NCBI GenBank assembly: GCA_964486995.1
Contig: CAZAOV010000001.1
Coordinates: 95,168 to 159,167, forward strand
Direction of reading: 5' to 3'
Source of the DNA: an uncultured Gammaproteobacteria bacterium
GTDB lineage: Bacteria; Patescibacteriota; Patescibacteriia; SG8-24
Length of the DNA stretch: 64,000 nt
Position numbers and translations under genes: made by a program. Under the pieces are notes generated by a model. That model was not told the DNA's origin. It searched no databases and saw only the letters and a program-made list of their open reading frames with translations. How positions within the stretch are numbered: position 1 is the first letter of the stretch; each line of letters begins with the position of its first letter. Positions 8,319 through 18,032 of the stretch are shown in pieces.

Positions 8319-10682
8319 TTATTTTTTACCTTTCGTTAGCACTAAAGGGAGAACCTCATCCACGGTTTTCACAAAAACAAATTCCATGCTGTCCCGTACC
8401 TCCTGCGGCACGTCAGCCAAATCCCTGCGATTGTCGTGTGGCATTATTACTCGCTTGATGCCAGCGCGATGCGCGGCCAGACACTTCTCTTTGACGCCGC
8501 CGATTTCAAGCACTCGACCGCGCAACGTTATCTCCCCGGTCATGGCAACACTCCGGCTTAATTTGTTGCCGCCCAGTAACGACACCAGCGCCACGGCCAT
8601 AGCTACACCCGCGGACGGTCCGTCTTTAGGTATGGCTCCGGCCGGAACATGAATATGAAAATCAGTTTTCTGGTGAAAGTCCGCATTCACCCCCAGCTTG
8701 TCGGCCACCGACCGCACATAAGAAAATGCGGCTTGCGCGGATTCCTGCATAACCTCTCCAAGTTGCCCAGTCAAAATCAGTTTCCCCTTGCCCGGCATCT
8801 GGGTCGCTTCAATTTGCAGAATTTCACCGCCGGTCTGCGTCCACGCCAGGCCAGTCACCACACCGACCTCGTCGCGTGCACCGGCTTCCATGTGAGTAAA
8901 CTTGCGCGGACCCAAGAAATTCTCAACGTCTTTAGCACGAATATCTTTTCGCGGTTTAGTGCCCTCAACTACTTTCTTGGCGATCTTTCGGCATACCGAT
9001 GATATTTCTCGCTCCAGATTGCGCACGCCCGCCTCACGCGTATAATGACGAATCAACTCATGCAGTGCGGCTGGCTGGAACTTGCAGCCACGTCGCCCTA
9101 ACCCGTTGTTCCTAATCGCTTTCGGTATCAGATACCCCTTTGCAATCTCTGTCTTCTCACGCTCGGTGTAGCCGGGAAATTCAATCACCTCCATGCGATC
9201 CCGAAGGGCCGGCGGAATTGTGTCGAGCACGTTAGCCGTAGTAATGAACAGCACGTCAGACAAATCAAACGGCACTTCCAGATAATGATCAGAAAACTCA
9301 TGATTCTGTTCCGGATCAAGCGCCTCCAGTAACGCAGCTGACGGATCACCACGAAAATCAGAACCAATCTTATCGATTTCGTCCAGCATAAATACCGGAT
9401 TACAGGTACCGACATTAGCGATACCCTGGATAATTCGACCGGGCAACGCACCAACATATGTCCGCCGATGCCCGCGAATCTCAGCTTCGTCATGCACGCC
9501 ACCCAAGCTGACACGATGAAACTTCCGCCCGAGCGCCCGGGCGATAGACTTGCCGATAGAAGTCTTGCCGGTTCCGGGCGGCCCGGCAAAACACATTATC
9601 GACCCACGCATCTTGCCGACCAATTTTTGCACCGCCAAATACTCCAGCACGCGATCCTTGGGCTTATCCAAACCAAAATGATCCTCATCCAGAATTTTTT
9701 TGGCCTGCTTCACATCTATCTCGGATTCGTCTTTCTTGTCCCACGGCAAATCCGTCAGCCATTCAAGATATGTCCGAACGTACGACGCTTCCGGACTGAA
9801 CGACGGCATGGCTTTCAACCGATGATATTCTTTTATCGCCTTAGCCTTTGCGTCCTCCGGCATGTTGGCGGATTCAATACGTTCGCTCAAATCGTCATCG
9901 TCACTTTTGCCGTTGATGCCTTCCAGCTCTTTTTCAATCGATTTCAACTGCTCACGCAGAAACACTTCGCGCTGCATTTTGTCGAGCTCCTTACCGGTTT
10001 CGGCCTGAATCTGCGATGCCATCTGCAAAATTTTTACCTGTCGGCCTAAAGCCTGGCTGACGCGGTCCAATTTCTCTTCTGCGGTATTTGATTCGAGCAC
10101 GCCCTGTTTTTCCTTGACCGACATCTCCACGTTCGCGGCAATCATGTCGCCGAGCAGCCACGGCTCACTCATATTCAAAATCACCAACAGCACATCAAAC
10201 GACACGTTCGCCCCCATGTTCACCACTCGCCTAAACTGATTCAGCACGCTGTACATCAACGCTTCTATTCGTTCGGTCTTCTGATCGTTCGGCTCAAAAA
10301 ATGGCTTAACTACAGCCTTAATATATGGTTTCTCCACTGCGACTGACGCTATCCGAACCCGCGCTAACCCCTCTACCAAAACACGAATCGTTCCATCGTC
10401 CTGCTTCACCAACTCACGCACTCGAGCCAACGTACAAACTTCGTACAGCTGATCGACGGTGGGTTCACTGGCCTCCGGATTCTTTTGCGCTGAAAGCGCG
10501 ATTACCCGACCGTGCTTCATTGCGTCGTCCAGCGCCTGCGTGGACTTTTCTCGCCGAACCACAATCGGCATGGCCACGCGCGGAAAAGCCACGGTGTCCC
10601 GAAGCGGAATTAACGGCACCTCTCGAGACTTGCGGTCCGAGAAATATTGTTCGGCAAATTCTTGGTTGTCTTTTTGAGCCAT
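8319..10682 (-). CDS. lon: ATP-dependent Lon protease (LonA).
   Basis: Lon N-domain, Walker A 'GPPGTGKTS', 'DEIDK', and the catalytic Ser region 'PKDGPSAGVAMAVALVS'. Confidence 0.95.
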   Translation of the reverse strand: MAQKDNQEFAEQYFSDRKSREVPLIPLRDTVAFPRVAMPIVVRREKSTQALDDAMKHGRVIALSAQKNPEASEPTVDQLYEVCTLARVRELVKQDDGTIRVLVEGLARVRIASVAVEKPYIKAVVKPFFEPNDQKTERIEALMYSVLNQFRRVVNMGANVSFDVLLVILNMSEPWLLGDMIAANVEMSVKEKQGVLESNTAEEKLDRVSQALGRQVKILQMASQIQAETGKELDKMQREVFLREQLKSIEKELEGINGKSDDDDLSERIESANMPEDAKAKAIKEYHRLKAMPSFSPEASYVRTYLEWLTDLPWDKKDESEIDVKQAKKILDEDHFGLDKPKDRVLEYLAVQKLVGKMRGSIMCFAGPPGTGKTSIGKSIARALGRKFHRVSLGGVHDEAEIRGHRRTYVGALPGRIIQGIANVGTCNPVFMLDEIDKIGSDFRGDPSAALLEALDPEQNHEFSDHYLEVPFDLSDVLFITTANVLDTIPPALRDRMEVIEFPGYTEREKTEIAKGYLIPKAIRNNGLGRRGCKFQPAALHELIRHYTREAGVRNLEREISSVCRKIAKKVVEGTKPRKDIRAKDVENFLGPRKFTHMEAGARDEVGVVTGLAWTQTGGEILQIEATQMPGKGKLILTGQLGEVMQESAQAAFSYVRSVADKLGVNADFHQKTDFHIHVPAGAIPKDGPSAGVAMAVALVSLLGGNKLSRSVAMTGEITLRGRVLEIGGVKEKCLAAHRAGIKRVIMPHDNRRDLADVPQEVRDSMEFVFVKTVDEVLPLVLTKGKK

Positions 10683-10819
10683 GTGTAATGGGTAGTAAGG
10701 GGTACAAAAGTGTAAGGGTGGAAAGGCGGCATGGCTGGCGAATGCAGATGCAAGTCCTGTCGTCCTTCTGCCCCTATACTCCTATGCTTCTATAATCTTC
10801 GCCTCGGCGTTTCTACCCG

Positions 10820-11875
10820 CTAGGAGAAGAATCCGATATCGATGAGCGCCATCACGAAGCCCATCACCGAAGTCACGCCAGCGATAATCCAAAACCGCAT
10901 CACAATTTTTGGTTCGGACCAGCCGATCGCTTCAAAATGATGATGAATCGGCGCGGAGCGAAACACTTTCTTGCCGCCACGCAACTTCTTAGATGAAACC
11001 TGAATAATGACCGATGCTGATTCGAGCACAAAAATAAACCCGATTATCGGCAACAATAACGCGGTGTTTGTGAGCATGGCCACGATTCCGAGCGTAACAC
11101 CTAACGACATCGCGCCCGTATCACCCATGAAGAACCGCGCCGGATTGATGTTGAACCACAAGAACGCCAATAGCGCGCCGACGATTACCCCGCAAAACGC
11201 CGCCAAGTCTGTGCGGCCCTGCATGAACGCAATCGCTCCGTATGCGCCAAAGCTTGAAAGCAGAACGCCACCGGCCAACCCGTCCAGACCATCGGTCTCG
11301 TTAACCGAAAAGGACGTTGCCACAATCACGACAATGAACGCCATGATATACCACCAGCCGATATTGAAATTACCCAAAAACGGCACGCGCAGTAAATCCC
11401 AATCAAGCTTAAAATAAAACCACAAAGCCCCAACCAGCGCTATTACTGTGTAAACCACCAAACGATGTGCCATTGTAAGGCCGCCGCCATGCGGACCAAT
11501 CTTGCGAACATTAAAATAGTCATCCACCACACCAATCAACGCCGCAGCCACCAAAGCGCCGAGCGGCAACAGGGTCTGTGACCGAGACAAAAAATTGAAC
11601 CAAGAGAAGAACGGTCCACCGAACCACTGATTGCCAAAGTAAAAAAATAACGCCAACGCCAATACCGTCACCCAAATCAGAATTCCACCCATGGTCGGAG
11701 TGCCGGACTTGCCCTGATGCAGCTTCGAAAAAATCGGTGCAGACTTGGCATCACGTATCTGTTTACCCAACTTAAATTTATACAAAAAGTTCGTCAAAAG
11801 CGGCGTCCAACAAATGGCCACTAAAAACGATACTGTGGTCAGAAAAAAAATTTTGATTACACCGTAGATTTCCAT
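10820..11875 (-). CDS. mraY: MraY, phospho-N-acetylmuramoyl-pentapeptide transferase.
   Basis: Polytopic membrane protein with MraY-type loops, located upstream of the dcw genes. Confidence 0.9.
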   Translation of the reverse strand: MEIYGVIKIFFLTTVSFLVAICWTPLLTNFLYKFKLGKQIRDAKSAPIFSKLHQGKSGTPTMGGILIWVTVLALALFFYFGNQWFGGPFFSWFNFLSRSQTLLPLGALVAAALIGVVDDYFNVRKIGPHGGGLTMAHRLVVYTVIALVGALWFYFKLDWDLLRVPFLGNFNIGWWYIMAFIVVIVATSFSVNETDGLDGLAGGVLLSSFGAYGAIAFMQGRTDLAAFCGVIVGALLAFLWFNINPARFFMGDTGAMSLGVTLGIVAMLTNTALLLPIIGFIFVLESASVIIQVSSKKLRGGKKVFRSAPIHHHFEAIGWSEPKIVMRFWIIAGVTSVMGFVMALIDIGFFS

Positions 11876-11949
11876 GGTTTTTAAGTGCGAAATATATGAG
11901 GCGCTAAAGCCAAGCGGTGCCCTGCGAAAACTCCATCATATCTCTATTG

Positions 11950-11990
11950 TGCTCTTTAAGTGCCAAACGCGGGCAAAACGTATCGCCCGC
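11950..11990 (-). terminator. Hairpin CGCGGGC-N9-GCCCGCG downstream of the 12019-12441 ORF.
   Basis: 7-bp GC stem with a U-rich tail on the minus strand. Confidence 0.4.
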
Positions 11991-12018
11991 GTAATTTATA
12001 TCAGCATGCTTCAAATGT

Positions 12019-12441
12019 CTAACCGTTCAACAGTGCCGCCATCACGCCACCAATCAGGAACAGGAGCTGAAGAAAGATTGTAATTCCGTACAACACCGAA
12101 CCAAACATCCTATGGCTCTTGGACAATGCGCCAGCAATCAAACCGTTGACGAAAAAGACCACCAAACCAAAACCAGGAAATATGAATATCTTCCACCAAA
12201 CATCAATCCAATCAACGCCGAGCGCAGCCGTATAATGCAGTCGCAAAAAATTCAACTGACCAATCCGCGACAATACAAACCACAGTAAAAGAAGCCAATG
12301 AACCAACAGCACGGCCATAGCCAATACGGCCATAACTTCTATCGTGCGATTATATATACCGAACAGCTTCTCAAGCGTTCCGTTTCCGTATTTACGTACA
12401 GGCATAAAATAGGGCGGATGATGAGCCGACTTACGCGGCAT
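12019..12441 (-). CDS. Hypothetical small integral membrane protein (3-4 TM). Start uncertain.
   Basis: Hydrophobic ORF only. Confidence 0.4.
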   Translation of the reverse strand: MPRKSAHHPPYFMPVRKYGNGTLEKLFGIYNRTIEVMAVLAMAVLLVHWLLLLWFVLSRIGQLNFLRLHYTAALGVDWIDVWWKIFIFPGFGLVVFFVNGLIAGALSKSHRMFGSVLYGITIFLQLLFLIGGVMAALLNG

Positions 12442-12710
12442 CTAGGGCAAAATGTAACATTATTTTGAGATGGATTCAAGAGCGGTATATGCGTAATTGC
12501 AGCGATAAGTACGGCTGCGGAAGGCTGGAAAGATGTAGAGGTAAGGCAATATGGGGGCATGAAGCAGAAGAGCGGCGAAGCTCGCGGATGCGCATTTGCG
12601 CTTATCGCCCTTTTGCCCTTATGCTCTTTCACTCTTGTGCCCCTTTATATCATGCCTTTTAGCGAACCCGGCGCCGACTGCCCTATTTAAGGCAACTATC
12701 TCCAAAAATA

Positions 12711-12719
12711 TGGTATAAT
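12711..12719 (+). promoter_or_regulatory. Extended -10 promoter element TGgTATAAT, 23 nt upstream of the pilB ATG.
   Basis: Perfect TGnTATAAT at 12711-12719. No convincing -35 and no SD, which implies a short leader. Confidence 0.55.
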
Positions 12720-12742
12720 ATAGAAGATGAAACTATTCTTAT

Positions 12743-14488
12743 ATGCTACAAGACGACCTGCTTAAAAAAATCCTTCGAGAAACTAAAACACTGGATGCCA
12801 AAGGAATAAAGGATCTCATAAAAGAGGCTGGAGAAAAAGACCCGAAAATGCCTCTTGAGACTTTTCTGATAAAGGAGAAAAAGATGCCAGAAGAGATGCT
12901 TTACCGCATCGCCGCTCAATTTTATAGGTTGCCGTTCATCAATCTGCGAGAAAAACCGATTCGTCGGGATATTCTGTTCATGATTCCGGAACCTATCGCC
13001 AATTCGCACAAGCTCGTGGCCTTTGATCAAATAGGTGACGAGCTTTTTGTTGCCACGATGGAGCCAACGGACTTACAGACGTTCGAGTTCATAAAACGAA
13101 AGACCAACCTTAATTTAAAAGTGCACTATACCAATCCGGAATCTTTTGAAACCGCGGTCAAACAATATAAGCAAAGCCTGTCTGCCGAACTGGGTGCGCT
13201 CACTGCCATACCGACCAAGGACGGCGAAGCTTCATCGCCAGAGGAAGAGGCCAAGCTGTCTAAGCTGGCAGAAGATATCCCGATTATCCGTGTGGTGGAT
13301 TCAATCTTGGAGCATGCCGTACTGGAAGGCGCTTCAGATATTCATGTTGAACCCACCGAACATGAGATACAAATTAGGTTCCGCGTGGACGGGGTGTTGC
13401 GTCCGGTAATGACCTTTCCGAAGGTGGTCGCGCCAGGAATCGTCGCTCGCATCAAGATTTTATCTAATCTAAAACTAGACGAACACCGTCTACCACAAGA
13501 CGGTCGTTTCAAAATTGAAAACAATAACTATAAGTTTTCATTACGTGTTTCTATCCTGCCGGTACAAGACGGCGAAAAAATCGTCATGCGCCTACTTTCC
13601 GAAACAGCGGCCGCTCTCTCGCTTGACCAGCTCGGCTTCCGGCCAAAAATACAAGAACAGGTGATGCGCAACGTCAACAAACCTCACGGTATTATCCTGG
13701 TAACCGGACCAACGGGTTCGGGAAAATCGACCACTTTATATTCAATTATCAATATTTTGAACACTCCTCAGGTGAATATCTCTACCGTCGAAGATCCGGT
13801 TGAGTATCGCATGCCCGGCATCAATCAAAGCCAGGTCAATCCAAAAATCGGTTTCACGTTTGCAGGTGGTCTGCGCGCGCTTCTGCGTCAGGATCCGAAT
13901 ATAATTATGGTCGGTGAGATTCGCGATGAAGAAACCGCCGGCATTGCGGTACAAGCCGCTATGACAGGCCACTTGGTACTCGGAACCTTGCACACCAACG
14001 ATGCAGCCACTTCACTCCCGCGCCTAGTCGACATGAACGTGCCGCGATTCCTGATCGCTTATACCGCAAACATGATTATCGGTCAGCGATTGGTGCGTAA
14101 AATATGCCAGAACTGCCTTCGGTCATATCGTCTGCCTAAACACGCCGTCGATGAGCTCAAAAAGGAGGTTGACTTGGATTCCATATGGAAAACGCTAAGA
14201 AGAGAGGGGTTTGTCGAGAAAGACCAAAAAATTGAAGACACTACATTCTGGCGCGGCTCTGGCTGCTCGCAATGCGGCGAAGAAGGCTATAAAGGGCGGA
14301 TGGGAATTTACGAACTGCTAGAAACGTCACCTGATATCGCTGATATGATTAACGAAAACGCCTCATCGGAAGAAATTAAAAAAGCGGCCATAGGAGAGGG
14401 TATGGTGACTATGATCGAAGAGGGATTCATGAAAGCGATCAAGGGCTCAACAACGGTCGAAGAGGTGTTACGCGTAACTAAAGACTAG
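12743..14488 (+). CDS. pilB: Type IV pilus / type II secretion assembly ATPase (PilB/GspE family).
   Basis: GspE_N-like N-domain, Walker A 'VTGPTGSGKST', Asp/His boxes, and a C-terminal tetra-Cys cluster 'CQNC...CSQC'. Confidence 0.9.
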   Translation: MLQDDLLKKILRETKTLDAKGIKDLIKEAGEKDPKMPLETFLIKEKKMPEEMLYRIAAQFYRLPFINLREKPIRRDILFMIPEPIANSHKLVAFDQIGDELFVATMEPTDLQTFEFIKRKTNLNLKVHYTNPESFETAVKQYKQSLSAELGALTAIPTKDGEASSPEEEAKLSKLAEDIPIIRVVDSILEHAVLEGASDIHVEPTEHEIQIRFRVDGVLRPVMTFPKVVAPGIVARIKILSNLKLDEHRLPQDGRFKIENNNYKFSLRVSILPVQDGEKIVMRLLSETAAALSLDQLGFRPKIQEQVMRNVNKPHGIILVTGPTGSGKSTTLYSIINILNTPQVNISTVEDPVEYRMPGINQSQVNPKIGFTFAGGLRALLRQDPNIIMVGEIRDEETAGIAVQAAMTGHLVLGTLHTNDAATSLPRLVDMNVPRFLIAYTANMIIGQRLVRKICQNCLRSYRLPKHAVDELKKEVDLDSIWKTLRREGFVEKDQKIEDTTFWRGSGCSQCGEEGYKGRMGIYELLETSPDIADMINENASSEEIKKAAIGEGMVTMIEEGFMKAIKGSTTVEEVLRVTKD

Positions 14489-14493
14489 TCAAA

Positions 14494-15591
14494 ATGAACG
14501 CAATTCAACGTTTAGACTATTGGCTGATGCATCACACCGGGGTGCCGCTGACGCAAAAGGTGTTTTTTACGGAAAATCTTCGCGTGATGGTGAAGGCTGG
14601 GTTATCAATGACGGAGGCCTTGGGGACGTTATCACTGCAATCAGAATCAAAGACGTTCAAAAGAATCATCAACGAGCTTCGTCAGGATATAGAGACCGGA
14701 AAATCGCTATCGGTTAGCATGGCACGCTTTCCGAAAACCTTCACGGACATATATCGAAGCATGATTGAAGTCGGTGAAGTTTCCGGCACGTTAGAAAAAA
14801 CTTTGGACGAGCTGGCGATACAGATGAAAAAGGACCACAAGTTGCGATCCAAGGTTAAGGGTGCCATGACCTATCCGATTGTCATCTTGATTGCAATGCT
14901 TGGTATTACCGCCCTGCTGATGGTGTTTGTGTTGCCCAAACTGCTCGGCGTGTTTAAGGAATTCGGTGACTCCGTTCAGCTGCCGCTGGCCACTCGCATG
15001 CTCATGTCAATCAGTGACTTCGTACAGAACAATGGAATTCTGACCGGACTGTTAATCGTGTTCATCATAGTTGGAACCGGCGCTTTTTCTCAGATTCAAT
15101 TCGGACGAAGAGTATTTCACTATTGTTTTCTGCACGGACCGATTCTCGGCCCAATAACCAAAAAAATAAACTTGGCTCGTTTCTCGCGCACAATTTCTGG
15201 ACTGTTGCGTACGGATATTCCTGTTGTGCAATCATTCGAAATCACTTCGCAGGTGGTTGGCAACGTTTATTACAAAGAAGCGATAATGAAAGCGAGCGAG
15301 CTAATCAGAAAAGGCGCCACTGTCGCCGAGAGCATCACCAGGGAGGATAAAATATTTCCGCCGCTCGTCGTGCAGATGGTTCATGTTGGTGAGCGGTCCG
15401 GTAGCGTGGATGAAATGCTGGAAGAGATAGCGGAGTTCTACGAACAGGAAGTTGATAATGTGCTGGACAGTCTTTCTTCAATTATCGAACCGGTATTAAT
15501 ACTGGTACTGGCGCTTATGGTCGGCGGAATCGCCTTGGCAGTTATCACCCCGATGTATTCGCTGACCCAAGCCATGGCTGAAGGTGGTTAA
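14494..15591 (+). CDS. pilC: Type IV pilus platform protein (PilC/GspF family).
   Basis: Duplicated GspF domains with 3 TM, immediately after pilB. Confidence 0.85.
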   Translation: MNAIQRLDYWLMHHTGVPLTQKVFFTENLRVMVKAGLSMTEALGTLSLQSESKTFKRIINELRQDIETGKSLSVSMARFPKTFTDIYRSMIEVGEVSGTLEKTLDELAIQMKKDHKLRSKVKGAMTYPIVILIAMLGITALLMVFVLPKLLGVFKEFGDSVQLPLATRMLMSISDFVQNNGILTGLLIVFIIVGTGAFSQIQFGRRVFHYCFLHGPILGPITKKINLARFSRTISGLLRTDIPVVQSFEITSQVVGNVYYKEAIMKASELIRKGATVAESITREDKIFPPLVVQMVHVGERSGSVDEMLEEIAEFYEQEVDNVLDSLSSIIEPVLILVLALMVGGIALAVITPMYSLTQAMAEGG

Positions 15592-15604
15592 TTACCTTGG
15601 ATAA

Positions 15605-17407
15605 ATGCATACCCCAAAGACAAAGAAGCGACGGGCCGGTTTGACACTAATAGAAGCGCTGGCCAGCATCGCTATTTTTACTATGGTCGGTATCGTCATT
15701 TACGAATTCTTCGGCGGAATGTTCGTGGCCGTGCAAAACTCAAAATCAATGCTTGCTTCCGTGGAACTGCTGCAGGAGCAGGTGGAGATTGTTCGCAATC
15801 TAAGTTTTGGTGACGTGGGAATTTCCAGTGGCGTTCCTGACGGAGTTCTCCAGCATGTCACAAACGTCACTCGCGGTGGCCAGCAATACGAAGTCACAAC
15901 GACAGTACGCAACATCGATGACCCGTTCGACGGTACGGTCGGCGGTAATCCTAATGATCTTTCGCCGGCGGATTATCGTTTGGTGGAAATCGAGGTCGCT
16001 TGCACGACGTGCCACAACAAAACGCCGATACGATTCACCACCACTCAAGCACCCAAGGACCTGGAAACGCTATCAACTAACGGTGCGCTGTTTATTCGTG
16101 CGCTCGACGGCAGCGGTTTGCCGGTGGCCAACGCCGATATCACCGTCACTAACGACGATGAATTTCCGCCGATTCTAATCGAGGATGTCACCGATAACGA
16201 TGGATACCTCCGTATTATCGACGCTCCGCCGGGCACTAATGCGTATAACGTTATCGCAACTAAACCCGGCTATTCAACCGAACAAACTTACCCCATCGGC
16301 GGACCCGGAAATCCTGACCCAATTAAGGAGGACGTCACGGTGGTGGTTCAGGATGTGACGCCACTCTCGCTATTCATAGACAAGGTGAGCACGATAAACG
16401 TCACCTCAATTACGCAAACATGTTCGGCAGTCGGCAATGTTTCGTTTGATTTGGCTGGAGACAAAAAAATCGGTGAAACTCCGGATGTCCTGAAATACGA
16501 ACAGTCGCATTTAACCAACGGCAGCGGACAGCTCACTCTGACCGATATGGAATGGGATGCCTACACTACAGAACTGAACGGTTCGACCTATGACCTGATC
16601 GGTTTGATTCCGCTAAACCCATTGAATGTGGCGCCGGATTCCACGGCCAGCCTGCAGCTAGTAGTTGTCCCAGCTAACCCTCGCGCACTCATGGTTACAG
16701 TCAAGGATGCCTCCAGTAAGCTGCCCATCACCGATGCTGAGGTTACTTTGAGCAGGGGCGCATATTCGGAAACCAAACATACTGGACGTGGCTATCTGAC
16801 TCAGACCGATTGGCAGGGCGGATCGGGCCAAAACGATTATACCGACACGACTCGCTTCTTTGATTCTGACGGAAATATCGAAATCGATGACCCAACCGGC
16901 GAACTACGACTAATCGATGTCGGTTCGTACGCGTGGTCCGGCAACCTGACGTCCTCCAGTTTCGACACCGGAACCGACAGCAACTTCCACCAGATATCAT
17001 GGCAGCCCACGGACCAACCACCCGAGGTCGGACCAAGCAGCGTTCGTCTGCAGGTCGCCACGAACACCGACAACATGACCTGGAACTTCACTGGGCCTGA
17101 CGGTACATCAGGTTCGTACTACACCCCTGGTGAAACCACGATACATTCATCTCATGATGGCGATCGCTACCTGCGTTATAAAATATTTCTGACCACCAAT
17201 GACAATAACCACACACCAAATGTTTCTGACATTAATTTTACTTTCTCTTCAAGCTGTCAGCCACCGGGGCAAGCACTGTTCAGCGGACTGAGTCCAGTAA
17301 GCTACGGCCTGGAGGTTACTGCTTCCGGATATCAGGATTATACGGACGGATCAGTCTTAATTTCAGATGACTGGGCAGAATACGAAGTCTTACTAAGCAC
17401 GGATTAG
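15605..17407 (+). CDS. Giant (600 aa) prepilin-type protein: class-III signal 'RRAG|LTLIEALASIAIF' followed by a large beta-rich extracellular domain. Putative minor pilin or tip adhesin.
   Basis: G|xTLIE prepilin cleavage/methylation motif with Glu at +5. Located in the pilus operon. Confidence 0.6.
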   Translation: MHTPKTKKRRAGLTLIEALASIAIFTMVGIVIYEFFGGMFVAVQNSKSMLASVELLQEQVEIVRNLSFGDVGISSGVPDGVLQHVTNVTRGGQQYEVTTTVRNIDDPFDGTVGGNPNDLSPADYRLVEIEVACTTCHNKTPIRFTTTQAPKDLETLSTNGALFIRALDGSGLPVANADITVTNDDEFPPILIEDVTDNDGYLRIIDAPPGTNAYNVIATKPGYSTEQTYPIGGPGNPDPIKEDVTVVVQDVTPLSLFIDKVSTINVTSITQTCSAVGNVSFDLAGDKKIGETPDVLKYEQSHLTNGSGQLTLTDMEWDAYTTELNGSTYDLIGLIPLNPLNVAPDSTASLQLVVVPANPRALMVTVKDASSKLPITDAEVTLSRGAYSETKHTGRGYLTQTDWQGGSGQNDYTDTTRFFDSDGNIEIDDPTGELRLIDVGSYAWSGNLTSSSFDTGTDSNFHQISWQPTDQPPEVGPSSVRLQVATNTDNMTWNFTGPDGTSGSYYTPGETTIHSSHDGDRYLRYKIFLTTNDNNHTPNVSDINFTFSSSCQPPGQALFSGLSPVSYGLEVTASGYQDYTDGSVLISDDWAEYEVLLSTD

Positions 17408-17411
17408 GTCT

Positions 17412-18032
17412 ATGATGCGCCCCTTCCGTAAAACTCGCAGTAGCGGCTTCACCCTGATGGAAGTGATGGTGGTGTTAGGCATCAGTATTATGGTAATGGG
17501 GGCGGCTCTATTGTTGCAGCGAGATGTACTCAAATTCAATGACGTTTTGCACGGTGCCTTTACGCTTCAGGAACAAGCCCGTCGCGCATTCAAGCAAATG
17601 TCTAAGGAGGTCAGAATCATAAATCATGCCGAAAATGGCTCATACCCCATCGCCGAAGCTTTGAGTGACTCATTTATTTTCTACTCTGACTATGATTCGG
17701 ACGGGGTTATGGAACGGATGCGCTACTATGTTAGCGGCACCACACTACGAAAAGGCGTTACTGAACCGAGCGGTGTGCCGGCCATATATGACTCGGGAAA
17801 TGAGGAGGTGGTAACCATAATCAGCGAGTTGGCAAACGGTCTCACTGACGTATTTGAATATTACGATGAATCATACGACGGGCAATCCGGCCCGCTCACT
17901 ACACCGTTCGACCTGTCAGACATACGATTGGTAAAAATGACGGTCATTATCGACAGCAACGGAGACCGTTCGCCAGAACCGCAGACTTTTACCACACAGG
18001 TATCTCTGCGCAATCTGAAAGATAACCTATGA
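17412..18032 (+). CDS. Prepilin-type minor pilin ('SSG|FTLMEVMVVLGI').
   Basis: Canonical GFTLxE N-terminus. Its stop overlaps the next gene start (ATGA). Confidence 0.7.
   Translation: MMRPFRKTRSSGFTLMEVMVVLGISIMVMGAALLLQRDVLKFNDVLHGAFTLQEQARRAFKQMSKEVRIINHAENGSYPIAEALSDSFIFYSDYDSDGVMERMRYYVSGTTLRKGVTEPSGVPAIYDSGNEEVVTIISELANGLTDVFEYYDESYDGQSGPLTTPFDLSDIRLVKMTVIIDSNGDRSPEPQTFTTQVSLRNLKDNL

Noticed and set aside
8386-10049. Internal and antisense ORFs within lon (8386-8652, 8649-9002, 9185-9589, 9468-10049), and similar ones within the pilus genes, the surface-protein genes and the 52031-54151 protease gene.
   Set aside because: They overlap well-supported conserved genes, have biased Arg/Ser/Pro composition, and lack start-site signals.
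10683-10819. Heat-shock regulation of lon: sigma-32-like promoter or CIRCE element.
   Set aside because: Only a weak CTTGCAT-N13-CCATGCC resemblance, and no TTAGCACTC-N9-GAGTGCTAA inverted repeat. Not supportable.
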